A stretch of DNA of 64,000 bases. It comes from Dicyema japonicum. Taxonomy: Eukaryota; Animalia; Dicyemida. A model generated the notes under the pieces. It made no database searches. It had not been told where the DNA came from and worked only from the letters and a program-made list of their open reading frames with translations. A program made the translations under genes and the position numbers. The stretch is from NCBI GenBank assembly GCA_011109175.1, contig RDEW01000053.1, forward strand, positions 186,001 to 250,000, read 5' to 3'. Below, piece after piece: positions 11,431 to 24,139 of this stretch (within the stretch, counting starts at the first letter, position 1; the number at the start of each line of letters is the position of its first letter).

Positions 11431-12522
11431 TAAAAAATGTAGTAGTGAAAGGCTCAACTATGCTGTTGGTAGACCGAGTATAAAAGTATAATAATAAACT
11501 ATTCGCACATCCGATCTCAGAAAATTTTAATTTGATTTTACATTACGCGGGATGAAGATTGTGCATCCAATCAGCCATAGGTCTATCATTCGGTCGTAAA
11601 GGGGGATAGAGAGATGATGAAACCAGAACTTGGGGTTCCAGTTTTAGAAATCTGAATCTTCTTAGAGTAAATAGAATCTAGAGAGAATAAATATTTTTGA
11701 ATTTTGTTGTATTGCCTTTATTTTTTTTCAGAGGCTTCACAAGAAAAGAAATCCAGATACAGTAGTTGGATGCTTGTATCCTCTATTTGGAAAACTACTC
11801 TGTAGGTTGGATCTGTTGGCTTCACATGCAGGTGACCCAAATGATCTCACGGAATTCCCGTTTTTGATTCTTACTCTTATTTCAGTCACTAGTTTCCTTT
11901 TATTGAAAAGACTATGATTTATTATTACTGACAAACTACAATTAATGACTACCTAAAAATAAACGATGCCGAGAAAATGTTACTACCAAAGTTTCGAATA
12001 TTAAATATCTATTCTGTTTAAATGTATAATTTCAAGAGAAGGCATTTCATAGCGCTATTGAAATTCTATTGAGAAAATACTTATAGTGCTTAGTTATTTG
12101 ACATGTAAACGACGGCAGTACAGCAAAAATATGTACTCATATTAGCAACCGTTATGAATGATTTACTAACAAAAATAAACATAATTGTTAGAGTTTGTAT
12201 ACATTTCCAAGGAGATTGTGTAATCAACTATGACGTGTTATTTATGGATTTTTGCTTCAGTTGAATTCTTTAATGAGAGTCACCACCTCAGTCTTACATA
12301 GCCACTAAACACCCTCATACCTTTCTTCTCTTGGTTATTTCATACCGAGTCGCAATCTGGTTAAGTCAAAGTCCCTTTATTTGAAATACCAGCGGATGAA
12401 CATTTTGAACTAAAATCAGAATATTAGGCGGGAAAATAAAGTTTATTATTTTAAATATTAATTTATAAACAAATTTAATAAATAAAAATAAAATTATTTA
12501 AATCAATTACTATAGAAATAAA

Positions 12523-13886
12523 ATGAGCAATAATTGTAAAATAAATGCGTCCATGAATGAATCAAAATGGAAAGAGATGACCTTCAATGCAGTGGCAGCA
12601 GGACACAATGCAGCCTTTTCAGGCTATCAGACAGCTGAGCAAGTCAGACAGAACCAGATTCCAGGAGACTTCAGGTCCAACATGTACAAGGAGACCAATC
12701 TGTATGCCAAAACGCACATGCGAATGGTTAAACAAGTTGTCATGCAAATTCGGAAAAATATTTATTTGTTCAACCAAGAAATCAAATTCTTCTCAAACGC
12801 CAAAGAGAAAGTCCTCAGAAAAATCGATTCGATCAAAAAAAACATAAAAATAAGCACGGACACGCTCGCTATGAAAAACCGGGATCCCCTAACTTCTCAG
12901 GTTGAGATGTCGTGAGAATTTGTAGAAAAACGACGGGACCTATGACCTCGTCAACGCGGAATTAAGCCATCTTAATTCCCTGTATTCTCAGCTTCTTCAG
13001 ATTTACAAATTTGTTGACGAAAAATTAAAAGTTTTGCTGTTTTCTACGTAGGATCTTCACGCAATGAGAGGACATTTGTGTCGTGTAGTGTCGGAGAGAT
13101 CGGTGGTCCTCGACCTAATGGTTGAAAATTCTGGGCGATCGGGGGACATGAGACCGGCGACCACGGGAAACTTGTTAAGAACAAAAAATTTCTTAAAAAT
13201 GCCTAATTTTTCCAGCAATGAAGGTTTTTGTAGTTTTTAATGAGAGACATAAATTTGGGGTTCCAAACGAGTGAAAGTAAGCAAGTTCTGAAAGACTGCT
13301 CAATGGCCCTGGAAATGTCAGCCACGGCCAAAAGAAGCTTTGAGGATCAAATGAAAAACTTCAACCATCGAAACACGTCGATTCAAAATGCAGTAAACGA
13401 CGGAATCTTCGGCAAAATCGAGGAAAATAAGTCTCTTCAGGTTTGAGGTTAGCAAAAGTTCAGGACCAACTTAATCTTGGAATTGCTCAAAACAGACAGG
13501 TGACCAATAGACTTCTGCGAGAAGAAAATCGCACGAAAACATCTCTTGATCTCCTCAACGTTGGTCAACCATCACATAGCTTAGGGACCTTATGACTACA
13601 CGGATCTCAGTGTGAGTGACCGACTGGACAGGCCCATTATGAGGGTTCTACAAAGACATCCGGGGACTCAAGTGGAGAGGCCAAGACTCTGATTGGGGTA
13701 CATATGGTCTAATCCGTGAAGGCACTAGAACACTGCCAATTTGCAGCAAACAGTCTTCGAGAGAAGAATAAGGACCAAATTAAGAAGAAACTAAATTTAC
13801 TGTCTGAAATGAGAAAAAAGACAAGTTCAATTGATCAGGATAGTAAGTTGATTCGAGAGAGAGTTAGGAAATTAAATTTAAATTAA
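12523..13886 (+). CDS. CCDC105: Coiled-coil domain-containing protein 105 / tektin-like protein, 7 exons
   Basis: Introns at 12901-12925, 13031-13051, 13224-13246, 13441-13463, 13560-13584 and 13698-13721. Spliced product contains ERSVVLDL and GP..DL..DRLDRPIMRVLQRHPGTQ, typical of CCDC105. One 1-nt indel near 13676 is needed, probably a sequencing error. Confidence 0.78.
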
Positions 13887-14859
13887 TAATTGATTAATAA
13901 TTAAATAATTTTAACTATGATTGCACTAAACTATCATATCCTTCTTTTACGAGGATCTTCACCACCCTGACTTTTACTTCCCCTACGGAATGTGGGTTCA
14001 CCACTTCGTCATGTATTTAGTTGCCCGCCCTTCCAGTGTCTCGACGCATAAAAGATTTCCTCAATTGGTGTTTTGACTCCATGTCCGTGCTCGACACCAT
14101 ACTTTGTAATTTTTTTAAGATCCCCGATGATTATAAGCACTTATTGGCACATCAATCGACAAAGCTTTCAAACGATTCTTGTAGCATGTGAAAATAATCC
14201 CGTCCCATGCTCAATTATCCAGCGAGCAAGTACTATTTGTTAGCTTTTCCATCCCTGTATGCTTGAGTGCTTCTTGTGAGGTGATCGTATAGTCACAATC
14301 TCATTCTTTATTTTACACGAAAATGTCTGGTTTACTGTGCCACACTTGAACGTCAGTCATGTGGGAGTGTCCACTCGGATTTCTACCCTCTGCGTCGAAA
14401 CAATTGATCGAACTTAGTGTGTTTTTAGTTTTTTATATTTATTGATGCCATAAAATCTACATAAATGTGGATGAATGCATCTAACAACTTGGTTATGCCT
14501 CTTCACATAGTCACTGTTGAGCATCCTGATACAACGCGTAGCCAAATGATTTACTGATTTCTTAGCCTTTTTGCAGTGATTACTAAATGAATCATTGGTA
14601 TCAAAAACCAGTTCCTGTCCTGAAGTAAAGAATACACTTCCTCCTATCTGGGGCTATTGTTTCCACTGGTTAACCACTTAGAAGATCCGGACAGATCAAC
14701 GTTTCTATCTTCGTAAATGTTAAACAGTGTATTTTCTTTAATAAAATCAGTATGAACAGGATTGTTTATCATTATTAACACTTATCGCTATGTCATAAGA
14801 CTTGACAAAGCATGTGCAACACGAGGTAGCAATTCACTGGTTAGTTTCATCCACTTCTT

Positions 14860-17215
14860 CCTATTCAAAGCCGCAGTGCGCAACCAGTCAAGATTCTCTC
14901 CACTTCCAAGATGCCGTCCCATTTCTTTGAGGTCCTCGTCGAGAACGACTGCGACCACGGAAACGGGGGGCCTCCAACATGTAGTAATCCTCCATGGCTA
15001 CGTTCGCGGGGGCATCTAGGTCCAGTCGCGAAATATGACCGAAAAGCCTCCATCGTGTATCCAGAATCTCATTAGAAATTTCTAAGGTCTTCTTCCTCTT
15101 ATAAAGAAAATTAGATGACATCCTCGTATCACTTCTTTCGACCATCATATGCCGAGTTGGTCTCTACGAAACGCATTGAGCCTCTTCAGTTCATTTCTTG
15201 AGCGGGCCCAGGTACCAGCGTTATATAGTAGTATGGGTTTCACTATACCATTTCAGGTTTAAAGTGGGTCTTACCAAAAGCAAAGTGGAACTTACCAAAA
15301 GCAAAGTGGTCTTACCAAAAGCAAAGTGGAACTTACCAAAAGCAGAGTGGAACAATAAAATTATTTAATAAGCCATGTCATCATTATTTAACACCGATGG
15401 GGCCAACTTCTGAATTCTAGCAATTACGGTGTTGCATAGAGATGGAGTGATTATAATGAGTTAATTATACTTTCTTCTAACTTTTGAAGTCAAAACTCCG
15501 TAGTTGACAAAGCTTCTTGTTTCACACCATCCAAAATATTTTTCATATCTGTAGCAATGTGTCTTTTTACATCAGCTTTGAAAACAGACTAAATATTCTC
15601 AATTGGGTTGAGCATAGGGTTATAGGGACCCAATCTTAAAATTTTATTTCCGATAAATACATTATCTCTGACAATTTTTTCAATTCCTGAATGGCATGGA
15701 GCATTGTCTACTACTAAATTGTAAGCTTCCCTGACTTTTCGTAGACAAATTCATGTGCGGATGTTTTATTAAAGGATCCACGTTTGAATTCATAATGCAA
15801 CAATCCAAGGGACCCGATGCAACCAATGAAATGTACATTGGCACCTCGCGAAATTCAATATTGCCTTTCTCTGGTTCATACCTGATATTTTTCAAAAAAT
15901 AACAGGCACCGTCCAAGTGGACTCGAATGGTTTTTTTGAAACATTTAAGCTGAAATTGAAATTTAAAAGAATTCTCAAGGTCTCGTTTTTTGTTATAATG
16001 TCAAGGCCCTTTTTGTGTAGCCAGGTGTTCTTTAATCTGGAGAGGGCAGTTTATGCTAGGGTTTTTCTTCTTGTAATTTCTTCATGGTCTCCTAGGAGGG
16101 AGCCAAGCTTTTTGCACTTGCGCCAGTACTCCTCCGTCCTTGTTTCTTCCCCTTTGAGTTTAGTCACCTCAGTCTTGTCCGGATTTACTGTTAGGAACCA
16201 TTCAGCTAGTCTTCCAGGCACTTCTTCCATCAAGCGGGTGAGCGGTATTTTGTCGTTTGAAATAAAGTCTACGTCGTGGGCATACGCAATAATGTTAGTC
16301 TTTTTACCCATTATCGGTTTTGACTCCTGTAAAGCAGCATCAAGGTATATGACAAAAAGGATAGGTGATAATGGGTCTCCCTGTGGAGTGCCAACAGTCG
16401 TCTCAAATCGGCGAGACAAGACTCCCCCGATTCTTGCAGTGAGCCAAGTATCAGCTAGGAGAATGGTGGCCATTCTGACAGTGGAAGCGTCTAGGAAACT
16501 CCCCAGAACCAGTATTAGACTCCGTCTGTCGACAGAGTCGAAGGCCCTCGAAATGTCGATTCTGAGGATGGTTGATCCACCATAAGCTCTTGCATCAAGT
16601 ATAATCCCTCGATCTTTTTGCTTGCATATGATATAGTCGATCTGGTTGTACATATTTATCACTCTCCCTTCGGGATTTGTTCTATGTCCCGACCACGTAG
16701 ATTTATGTCTGGTGGATGCATGAAGGTTGTATTGCATAAAAATAGGTTGTTCGTTTAACAGAAGTTAGGTAGTAGGGTTTTCGGGAGATTTCTTTTCCTC
16801 CTACCATGCCTTCCCATGAATGTCTCATCGGTCGTAACCTGGGTTGCCAGCTTCCGCATTTAGGTCTCCTGCGATCATTACTAATGTTGAGAGAGCATAC
16901 TTAAAGAAGACGGCAGAAAGACTGGTGTAAAAGTCATCAATCTCCTCAGGGTTTTTATTAAGCCATCCACTGTGAGGAACGTAAACGTTTATTATAGTTA
17001 GATATTTCTTCGGGGGGTTGAGGTCATCCAGTTTCAATTGCAACACCCCGAATCTATCATTCACATTGTAATATCGGCAGACTCTCTTGGATAGATCATT
17101 CCTGACGGCAAATCCTAGCCCATAGTGCTTGTTTCCACCTGGAAGGAAGATTAGTCGAAAGTTCCCATGTTGTTCTTCGATCCCTTTGATTACTTTGGTC
17201 TCCTGAAGCTCAACC
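14860..17215 (-). mobile_element. Degenerate RTE LINE with an internal deletion, interrupted by a Tc1-like fragment
   Basis: APE (LQETK, INVYVPHS, AGDLNA, QIDYI) is joined directly to RT (IDISRAFDSV, GTPQGDPLSP, YAHDV, KLGSLL). The 3' part VKPILLYNAGTW..RWRLFGH..GR lies at 14860-15243. Confidence 0.85.
15244..15830 (-). mobile_element. IS630/Tc1/mariner-type transposon, 3' fragment
   Basis: Reads VVDNAPCH...LRLGPYNPMLNPIENI with 35 residues between D and E, plus stops. The terminus starts at TA and carries tandem ~20-bp repeats CTTACCAAAAGCAAAGTGG. Confidence 0.75.
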
Positions 17216-17399
17216 AAAAGGATTGTTTCCGTACCTGAAAAAATAGACATACAATCAATAATAATAACAGCCTTTTTCACGGAGCCGTGGTATTAGCTCC
17301 GCATAGGCAGGACACACACTTTATTTAAGTAAAGAAGTTAATTTTAACTAATCGTAGAACCAAGGAATGATCTTCACTTCTTTTTTCTTTTTCTTGTGT

Positions 17400-17582
17400 G
17401 TTGGTCCTTTCTAGACAATCCAGTTCCACAGTGAGAGTCCACTGATGACGGCGTCACTCGTCAAGCCTTTTTAGCATCGTAGATGCGTGGAACCTCCCAC
17501 CAGGTGAACAGCAGCAAGAATCGAACCCGTAACCTAAGTCACTTTAGCCCGACACCTAGCCACTATGCCACACAATCAACCA
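17400..17582 (-). mobile_element. tRNA-derived SINE-like element
   Basis: On the minus strand, A-box TGGCATAGTGG and B-box GGTTCGATTCT at tRNA-like spacing, followed by a non-tRNA body. No intact cloverleaf. Confidence 0.55.
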
Positions 17583-17668
17583 CACCAGAAATAATTAAAA
17601 TATATTTAATTAATAAACTTTAATTTTAAATAAGAGTTATTACGTATTTAAATTTGCTTCTTTGTTGT

Positions 17669-18105
17669 ATGGAAACTAGGAGGGTCAGTGATATGTTTAT
17701 GAACTTTGGAACAGTGGCCAACAGATTGGCTGAAATGACTGTTCTCCTTGATTATTCTCCAGAAGATTTATCCATTGCGTATTCCTTTTAATTTCTCGTA
17801 ATTCCTTTTAGACAGGACAGATGGCCTGAGGATGAGAAGAGTCGCCTTTTAGACGCAGTTACCAAGTTTCATGGTGATATAAACAAAATTATGGAGGTTT
17901 TCAGTCATCGATCAGTGTACTGTCTAATCTTATCATCCCAGACGTCAAGTTACTAACCAAATGAGGAAGCTAAACCCACGTATTGCCGCTCATGCCACCT
18001 CACTGACCAGTTCTACACGAGATTTTGACAATTTCAATTCTTCTGTGGCTGAAACTCCCGTATTTTGCTTATATTTATTTGTAGGTCGAGTGGAGGAGTC
18101 TATGA
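17669..18105 (+). CDS. BAP18: Chromatin complexes subunit BAP18 (SANT domain), 4 exons
   Basis: Introns at 17779-17811, 17917-17941 and 18060-18084. Product RVSDMFMNFGTVANRLAEMTVLL..RWPEDEKSRLLDAVTKFHGDINKI..RSVRQV follows the BAP18/C17orf49 pattern. Confidence 0.75.
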
Positions 18106-18202
18106 ATGACTAATTTATTTAGTTTTTTTAATTTTTGGCTTTATTTAGTTTTAGTAATATTCTTTAGTTTACTTTTCTTTTTTCTTACTGTATCCATATT
18201 TT

Positions 18203-18917
18203 GGTTGAGCTGGTAACGTGGCTCTATTGCACACATGTCTTTTTCGTGCTTTTCTTAGGGATCTTTCACTATTAGCTCGTTCAATGTAAGAGGGTTAAAG
18301 TCGGATACTAAAAGAAGAAATTTATGCGTGGATCTTGGATCGTACAAGGTAACCGTGGCGTGCTTACAGGAAACGAAAGTAAAAGGCGGACTAGATGAAA
18401 TCAACAATGATTTCTGCTTGATTCTGCACCCTTCGAATTGCCCACACTACGGCATGGGATTTGCAATACAAAAAGAACTGAACAATCGAATTCACAAGAC
18501 GTGGAGGGTGAGCGATAGAATATGTGTTTTACAATTAAAATACGGTGAAAGGAACAATTCCATAATCTCCATTATTAATGTATATGCACCAACTTCGGTG
18601 AGAGTATCAATCAATGGAGACGAACTAGACGACTTCTATTCCCCCCTGTCGCAACTATATGCATCTATAGAAACATCGTTCATGACATACATTGGCCGGA
18701 GATTGGAACGCAAAGGCAGGACGTGGAGTAGTCACGAAGAATTCATGGGAAGCCATGGAAGGGGGATCAGGAACCATTCAGGAGAATCGCTTATCGAATT
18801 TTGCAATACATTCAAACTATTTCTATGCAACACTGCTTTCAGGCACTCAGCAAGACATAAGACGACATGGAGCGGCTACCGAAAGGACAAATCTGGGACT
18901 ATCAAGCCTATATATAA
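18203..18917 (+). mobile_element. RTE LINE 5' part (5' motif plus APE), cut by a MULE insertion
   Basis: 5' motif GGTTGAGCTGGTAACGTGGCTCTA, then SFNVRGL, LQETK, INVYAPT, GDWNA and HKTTWSG..PIYN, followed immediately by the MULE TIR. Confidence 0.85.
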
Positions 18918-20050
18918 CGTGTCCATTCAAAATGGCCTCTTTCAAAATGGCCTCCATTCAAAATGGCCTCCAATTAATTATTTCAGGTTTTAGATAAGTT
19001 CATCAATAAAAATCACGAGATTTTAGCGAAACGACGTCTTTGAGTAAAAAGGTCATCTTTTTTAAATCTTATAAAAATTGATTTTACCAAGGTCCTCGAC
19101 ATCTTTAGGTAAAAATCATCTTTTATAAATCTTATAAAATTGATTTTGCCAAGGTCCTCGACATCTTTAGGTAAAAAATCATCTTTTATAAATCTTATAA
19201 AAATTGATTATGCCAAGGTCCTCGACATCTTTAGGTAAAAAAGTCATCTTTTAAATCTTATAAAAATTGATTTTACCAAGGTCCACGACATCTTTAGGTA
19301 AAAAGTCATTTTTTTAAATCTTATAAAAAATTTATTTTAACGGGTCCTATGGGTATTGGAACATTTTGCCAAGGTCCTCGACATCTTTAGGTAAAAGTCA
19401 TCTTTTTAATCTTATAAAAATTTATTTTAACGGGTCCTATGGGTATTGGAACATTTTACCAGGTCCTCATGAATCTTTAGGTAAAAAAAGTCATCTTTTT
19501 TAAATCTTATAAAAATTATTTTAACGGGTCCTATGGGTATTGAACATTTTACCAAGGTCCTCGACATCTTTAGGTAAAAAAGTCATCTTTTTTTAAATCT
19601 TATAAAAATTTATTCTAACGGTCCTATGGGTATTGGAACATTTTACCCAAAGGTCCTCGACACTTTAGGTAAAAAATCTTTTAAATTCTTATAAAAATTT
19701 ATTTAACGGTCCTATGGGTATTGGAACATTTTAACAAAGTCCTCGACATCTTTAGGTAAAAAAGTCATCTTTTTTAAATCTTATAAAAATTTATTTTAAC
19801 GCGTCTATGGGTATTGGAACATTTACCATGGTCCTTCCGAACCCTATGATTAAGATTCTAAAGTGACTTAGGAGTAAAATTATTATATTTTATCAAAACT
19901 AAATTTAATGAATTATTATTTCTTTAATTTCTTTATTATAATAAATTTGAAAAAATTTTTTTTAAATTTGAAATTATATCGGAAATCAAAGAAGAAGAAA
20001 GCATAATGATAAAATTCTTAAGACTTACAAATAGAGAAAAATTCTTAGAA
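18918..20050 (+). mobile_element. Internally deleted, truncated second copy of the MULE with an expanded repeat array
   Basis: Same left TIR as 1432. About 10 subterminal units at ~19030-19835 (short ~62-bp units, then ~93-bp units). Then sequence matching ~1720-1850 fused to ~5225-5295. Right TIR absent. Confidence 0.85.
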
Positions 20051-20750
20051 AAATATATATGAAAGTAAAATTTCATAAGAAAATTGAATTGCGAAGAGGA
20101 GTTCCACAGGGTTCAATCTCAGTCCGCTACTCTTCAATTGCGTAAATGAGAGATTTGCCGAAAACAGAGAGCGTAAATAGTCACATGATTATTTATGCTG
20201 ATGACATTTTGTGCTTGATTCAAGCATGAATAAACAAATTTCATGGAAAAAGGGTGGAATCCCATATTACTAAGATGAAAGTGGTGCAAGAACAATGGGT
20301 TGACTCTATCGAGGGAAAATAACAACAGTTCACTTGGATTGCAAGTAAAAGAAAAATATTAATCAATGTGTGAATACTGGGATATAAAAATCTCTGAAAC
20401 ATTGAAGTATCTCGGATTGTTGATAGACCGAAGAGGATCTTTAAGGAACATATTAAAGCACGAAGAAAGAAAGCTACAGGAATGTGAAATCTTTAATTCG
20501 ATTTCATTTGGAGCTGAAATACTTTTCTTTTTGTGTATTCGGCGTGTGTTGAACCATTCTTGATATATGGTCTATCAAGGATGGTTTAGAACAAAGAGAA
20601 AAGTGATGTCTTTGTCAAAAAATTGGAAAAGTCCAGAAGATTTGCGATTAAATTGGCATATGGACTGGACTTAAAATCTAATATCGAAGAGGATTACGTA
20701 CCTGAAAGTCAGAAATAGAAAAATTATTACATCACTTATGGAAAATGTGA
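20051..20750 (+). mobile_element. Degenerate LINE RT 3' fragment
   Basis: RRGVPQGS..SPLLFN, YADD and LKYLGLLIDRRGSL. Similar to the LINE at 35150-35870(-). Confidence 0.7.
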
Positions 20751-20985
20751 TGTAATTTTTGGGGTCCAAACGAAGTAGAGACATGTGGTGTCTCATAAAA
20801 TGACCCTACACGATGAATACAAACCCACTTAATTAGTTTTGGTTCAGGTTTTGGTTTCTTTACAGTAATTAGTTTTGGGGTTTGTTAGAAAATAAAATTT
20901 GTCTTGTCTTGTCGAAAGTAACCTGTGGTGCCACTGGGTGAATAAGTGGTGCCACTGGTACTAAAAGACGAAGAAATATATTACA
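20751..20985 (+). repeat. LTR-like repeat, copy A
   Basis: TGTAAT...ATTACA termini, a GAGACA-N5-TGTCTC hairpin, AATAAA and a GGTGCCACTGGTACTAAAAGACGAAG block. Diverged direct copy at 21633-21844. Confidence 0.55.
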
Positions 20986-20999
20986 AGTTTGAGAAACAT

Positions 21000-21630
21000 A
21001 CCTAAGGCCTAATGGAGAAAGATGCCTTGTTTGTTCTGATTCACATAGAAGATCGCAGTGTCCGGTTACGAACAATAATAAGTCCTTTGAATTGTGTTCA
21101 TCCATCGACTTTGCCAATTATGGAAGATTTCCCAAGGCTGTTGAAGCTAACATTGCGAAAAAAAACAAAATTGACCAAAAAAGGAAAAAATCGAATGGAA
21201 AATTATTTCTAAAACGAGAAAATGCCCATAATGGAGAAAGTGAAGTTTCCAAAATTGGAACGAATAAGAAATTAAAGTCAGAGTTTAGAATGTATGGGCA
21301 GACTGGCTGGAATAGGACATATAATAAGAAACCTTCTAAAAAAACAGTAGAAGAAGTTTCAACACAGAGAAGAGAGTGGTGCTCTTAAGAAGAGAGGACA
21401 GCCACCGAAAAAACCAGAAGTAGTCAGGATAACCCTGGTTAATGGCCGTTCTCTTCGGAAACGGGCCAATATGCTGGTTGCTATAGCCAGCACGATCCAG
21501 ATGGAAGTTCTAATTATAAACGAAACTAAATTGAAGCACATGGATTGGATTAAGCATCTGAAATTGATGACGAATACGAAAGAAAAACGAGAAGAATTGG
21601 TGATTTATTACATTGCTTGTAAAAACTCGC
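21000..21630 (+). mobile_element. LINE fragment: gag-like zinc knuckles plus start of APE
   Basis: RCLVCSDSHRRSQCP, followed by VRITLVNGRSL..EVLIINETKLK. Confidence 0.6.
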
Positions 21631-21632
21631 AT

Positions 21633-21844
21633 TGTAATTGGGGCTTTTTACGGAGAAGAGACATACGGTGTCTCATGAGAGTGCCCCGATATAGACGACC
21701 CCAAATCTTGGTTTTCCCTCTTTAGTTAATGGCTCTTACCTTGTTTAGTTAGTTGGGGTTTTGCGAATAAATAATGTTATCTGTATCTCGCTTTAATATA
21801 TCGGTGGTGCCACTGGTGCTAAAAGACGAAGTAATATACTACCA
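21633..21844 (+). repeat. LTR-like repeat, copy B
   Basis: TGTAAT start, the same hairpin, AATAAA, then GGTGCCACTGGTGCTAAAAGACGAAGTAATATACTACCA. Confidence 0.55.
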
Positions 21845-23812
21845 ACGGGCACTATGACCACGAGCTTGAAGAACTATCCAAATTGCAGAGGAACCTACGT
21901 TTACATGTCGAAACCTGTCAGGACCAGGCAAAGGAACACACTATAAGAGTCATGCGGAACCAAACCCTGTATAAAATAAAGAAAAGAACGAGGGAAATAA
22001 AGGAAAATAAACTTGCTGGAATGGCTAAAGAAGTAGAAAGACTCAAAAACGGAGCGCAGATGTTCAAGGCTGTTCACCTACTACATAGAGACACGCAGTC
22101 ATCAAAAATCACAATACATGATCAGTTTGGAAAGACTATGTTAAACAAAAATGAAATTCTATCGGCCATATCCAGCCATTATCAGCAGGCCTTCAATCAA
22201 AACCACGGGGAAAAAATCAAACAATTCGATGGTGAAGCACGAGAACTAAATATTCCGATAACGATTCTGGAAACAAAAAAAGCCCTGGACAAACTGAACA
22301 ACAATAGAGCTGCTGGCCCTGACAACATAAATGCAGAACTTCTCAAATATGCACCGACCGAGATCTCTGAACTATTAACTGAGATATACAACAAAACATT
22401 CAAATACAACTCACCACTGGATGTGGGTAATGGCACACTAATTGCACTACAAAAACCGGGCAAAGCTAAAGGCCCCTTAACGAATTTAAGACCCATCGTA
22501 CTATTGACGACTCTACGCAAGACACTATCACTTATAGTGCTGAACAGGATTGGATCTGACATCGAGAACTTTCTCTCTCACGGTCAAAGCGGATTCAGGT
22601 CAGGGAGATCTACAACTGATGTGGTCTGGTGATATCGATGGCTTTGTGCAACACATCAAAACTACAAGGGGGCTACTGGCATCCTTGGCATGGACATGTC
22701 CAAAGCCTTTGACTCTATACTCAGAGGGAGACTTTTCGATATTTTGGAGAATTTGGTTGACGAGGACAGTGTTAAAATTATCCGTCTATTACTTGGAACA
22801 ACACAGTTAAGTGTACGTTTCGGAAATTTTGAGTCTGTCCCATTCGAGACAACGTTCAAGGTACCCCATGGAAATTCCTTGTTACCGGTACTTTTTGTGA
22901 CATATCTGTAGGCGGCACTCAAAGAATTAAGACTATTAATTGTCGACTTACCTCAAACTGAAGTGATTTATTCAGATGACATCGACTACATATCCAGCGA
23001 CGAGAAAACATTAAACTATATACGGACAAGGATGCCAGATGTGCTCGAAAAATGGTTCATCAAAATCAATACGGAAAAGACGGAGACAACTACCATACGC
23101 CGTGAATTAACTCGAACTTATGAAAAATGGAGATACTGTAAATAATTGGGGTCGTTGCTCGGAGACGCTGAGGATATCACTAACAGGAAAATATTGGCCG
23201 TCACGGCCTTTAGAAAAATGGGAGTAGTCTGGAATCATCGTAAACAAATTAGCACACAATTACGTGTAAAACTATACAATGCCCTCGTGAAACCGGTCCT
23301 AATGTACAACGCTGCAACCTGGGAAGTTTCACAAGAGGTAATTGACAAACTAGATGCCTTCCATCGTAAACAACTCCGACTGTTGCTTGGCATCAACTGG
23401 CCAAAAAAATTACAAACAAGAATCTATACAAAATATGTAATACAAGACCATTGAGTCTGGATATCCTGGAATCAAGATGGCGTCTGTTTGGTCACATCCT
23501 TCGGATGAGCCAGATGACGCCTGCTAAAATACCAATGGTGAACTATTTCTGCCCAGAAGTGAATACCTCGTTCCGTGGAAGACCTCGCATAACTTTGCCA
23601 GAGGTTCTACACAAGGACCTGACCAATGTAGGACGAAAGCTGAAAACAGGAGATGATCTGGATACGCTCGGAATAACTGTAACCGGAGCATGGAGGAAGT
23701 TAGTCAAGAGAATTGTGGAAGAAAGAATAACCTGAAGAAAAATACGACACAAGCGGAACCTTAATTAAATAAATTACATTTTTGGTTCTTCGAAAGTGCT
23801 ATTAATAATAAT
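21845..23812 (+). mobile_element. RTE LINE RT and 3' end (possibly the remainder of the 18203 element)
   Basis: AAGPDNI, NLRPIVLL, QSGFRSGRST, DMSKAFDS, YSDD, RWRLFGHILR and RGRPR. 3' tail ...AAAGTGCTATTAATAATAA. Confidence 0.88.
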
Positions 23813-24139
23813 TACTGTATCCATTCATCTCTTGGACAAATGTCTTGAAAATCGAGGATAGCCGAAAATGAGCTTCCAAAATCACGGAACACTGAATTTA
23901 TGGAGAGTTTTAGTCACCAATGCCTCTTGAAGCTTTGATACGAATGAACCATAGAACGCGCCGTCGTGACTGCGAAGATCCAGTTACTCGACTGATACGT
24001 GCTTGTGTGGGGTTGAGGGAGGAGCATCGGGCCAAGATGAGTTCCTTGTCAAAGAGGGATGGGATCACGTGATTAGTTAGTTTCCGTAACCGTGGTCTCT
24101 GGTGTTATTATTATAAAAATACCGTGGCTTATGCGGTGG

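Noticed and set aside
15917-16585. 222-aa plus-strand ORF, and similar antisense ORFs such as 25229-25780 and 22197-22562
   Set aside because: These are shadows antisense to LINE RT coding sequence.
17500-17582. Functional tRNA gene
   Set aside because: A and B boxes are present, but acceptor and anticodon stems do not pair properly; called SINE-like.
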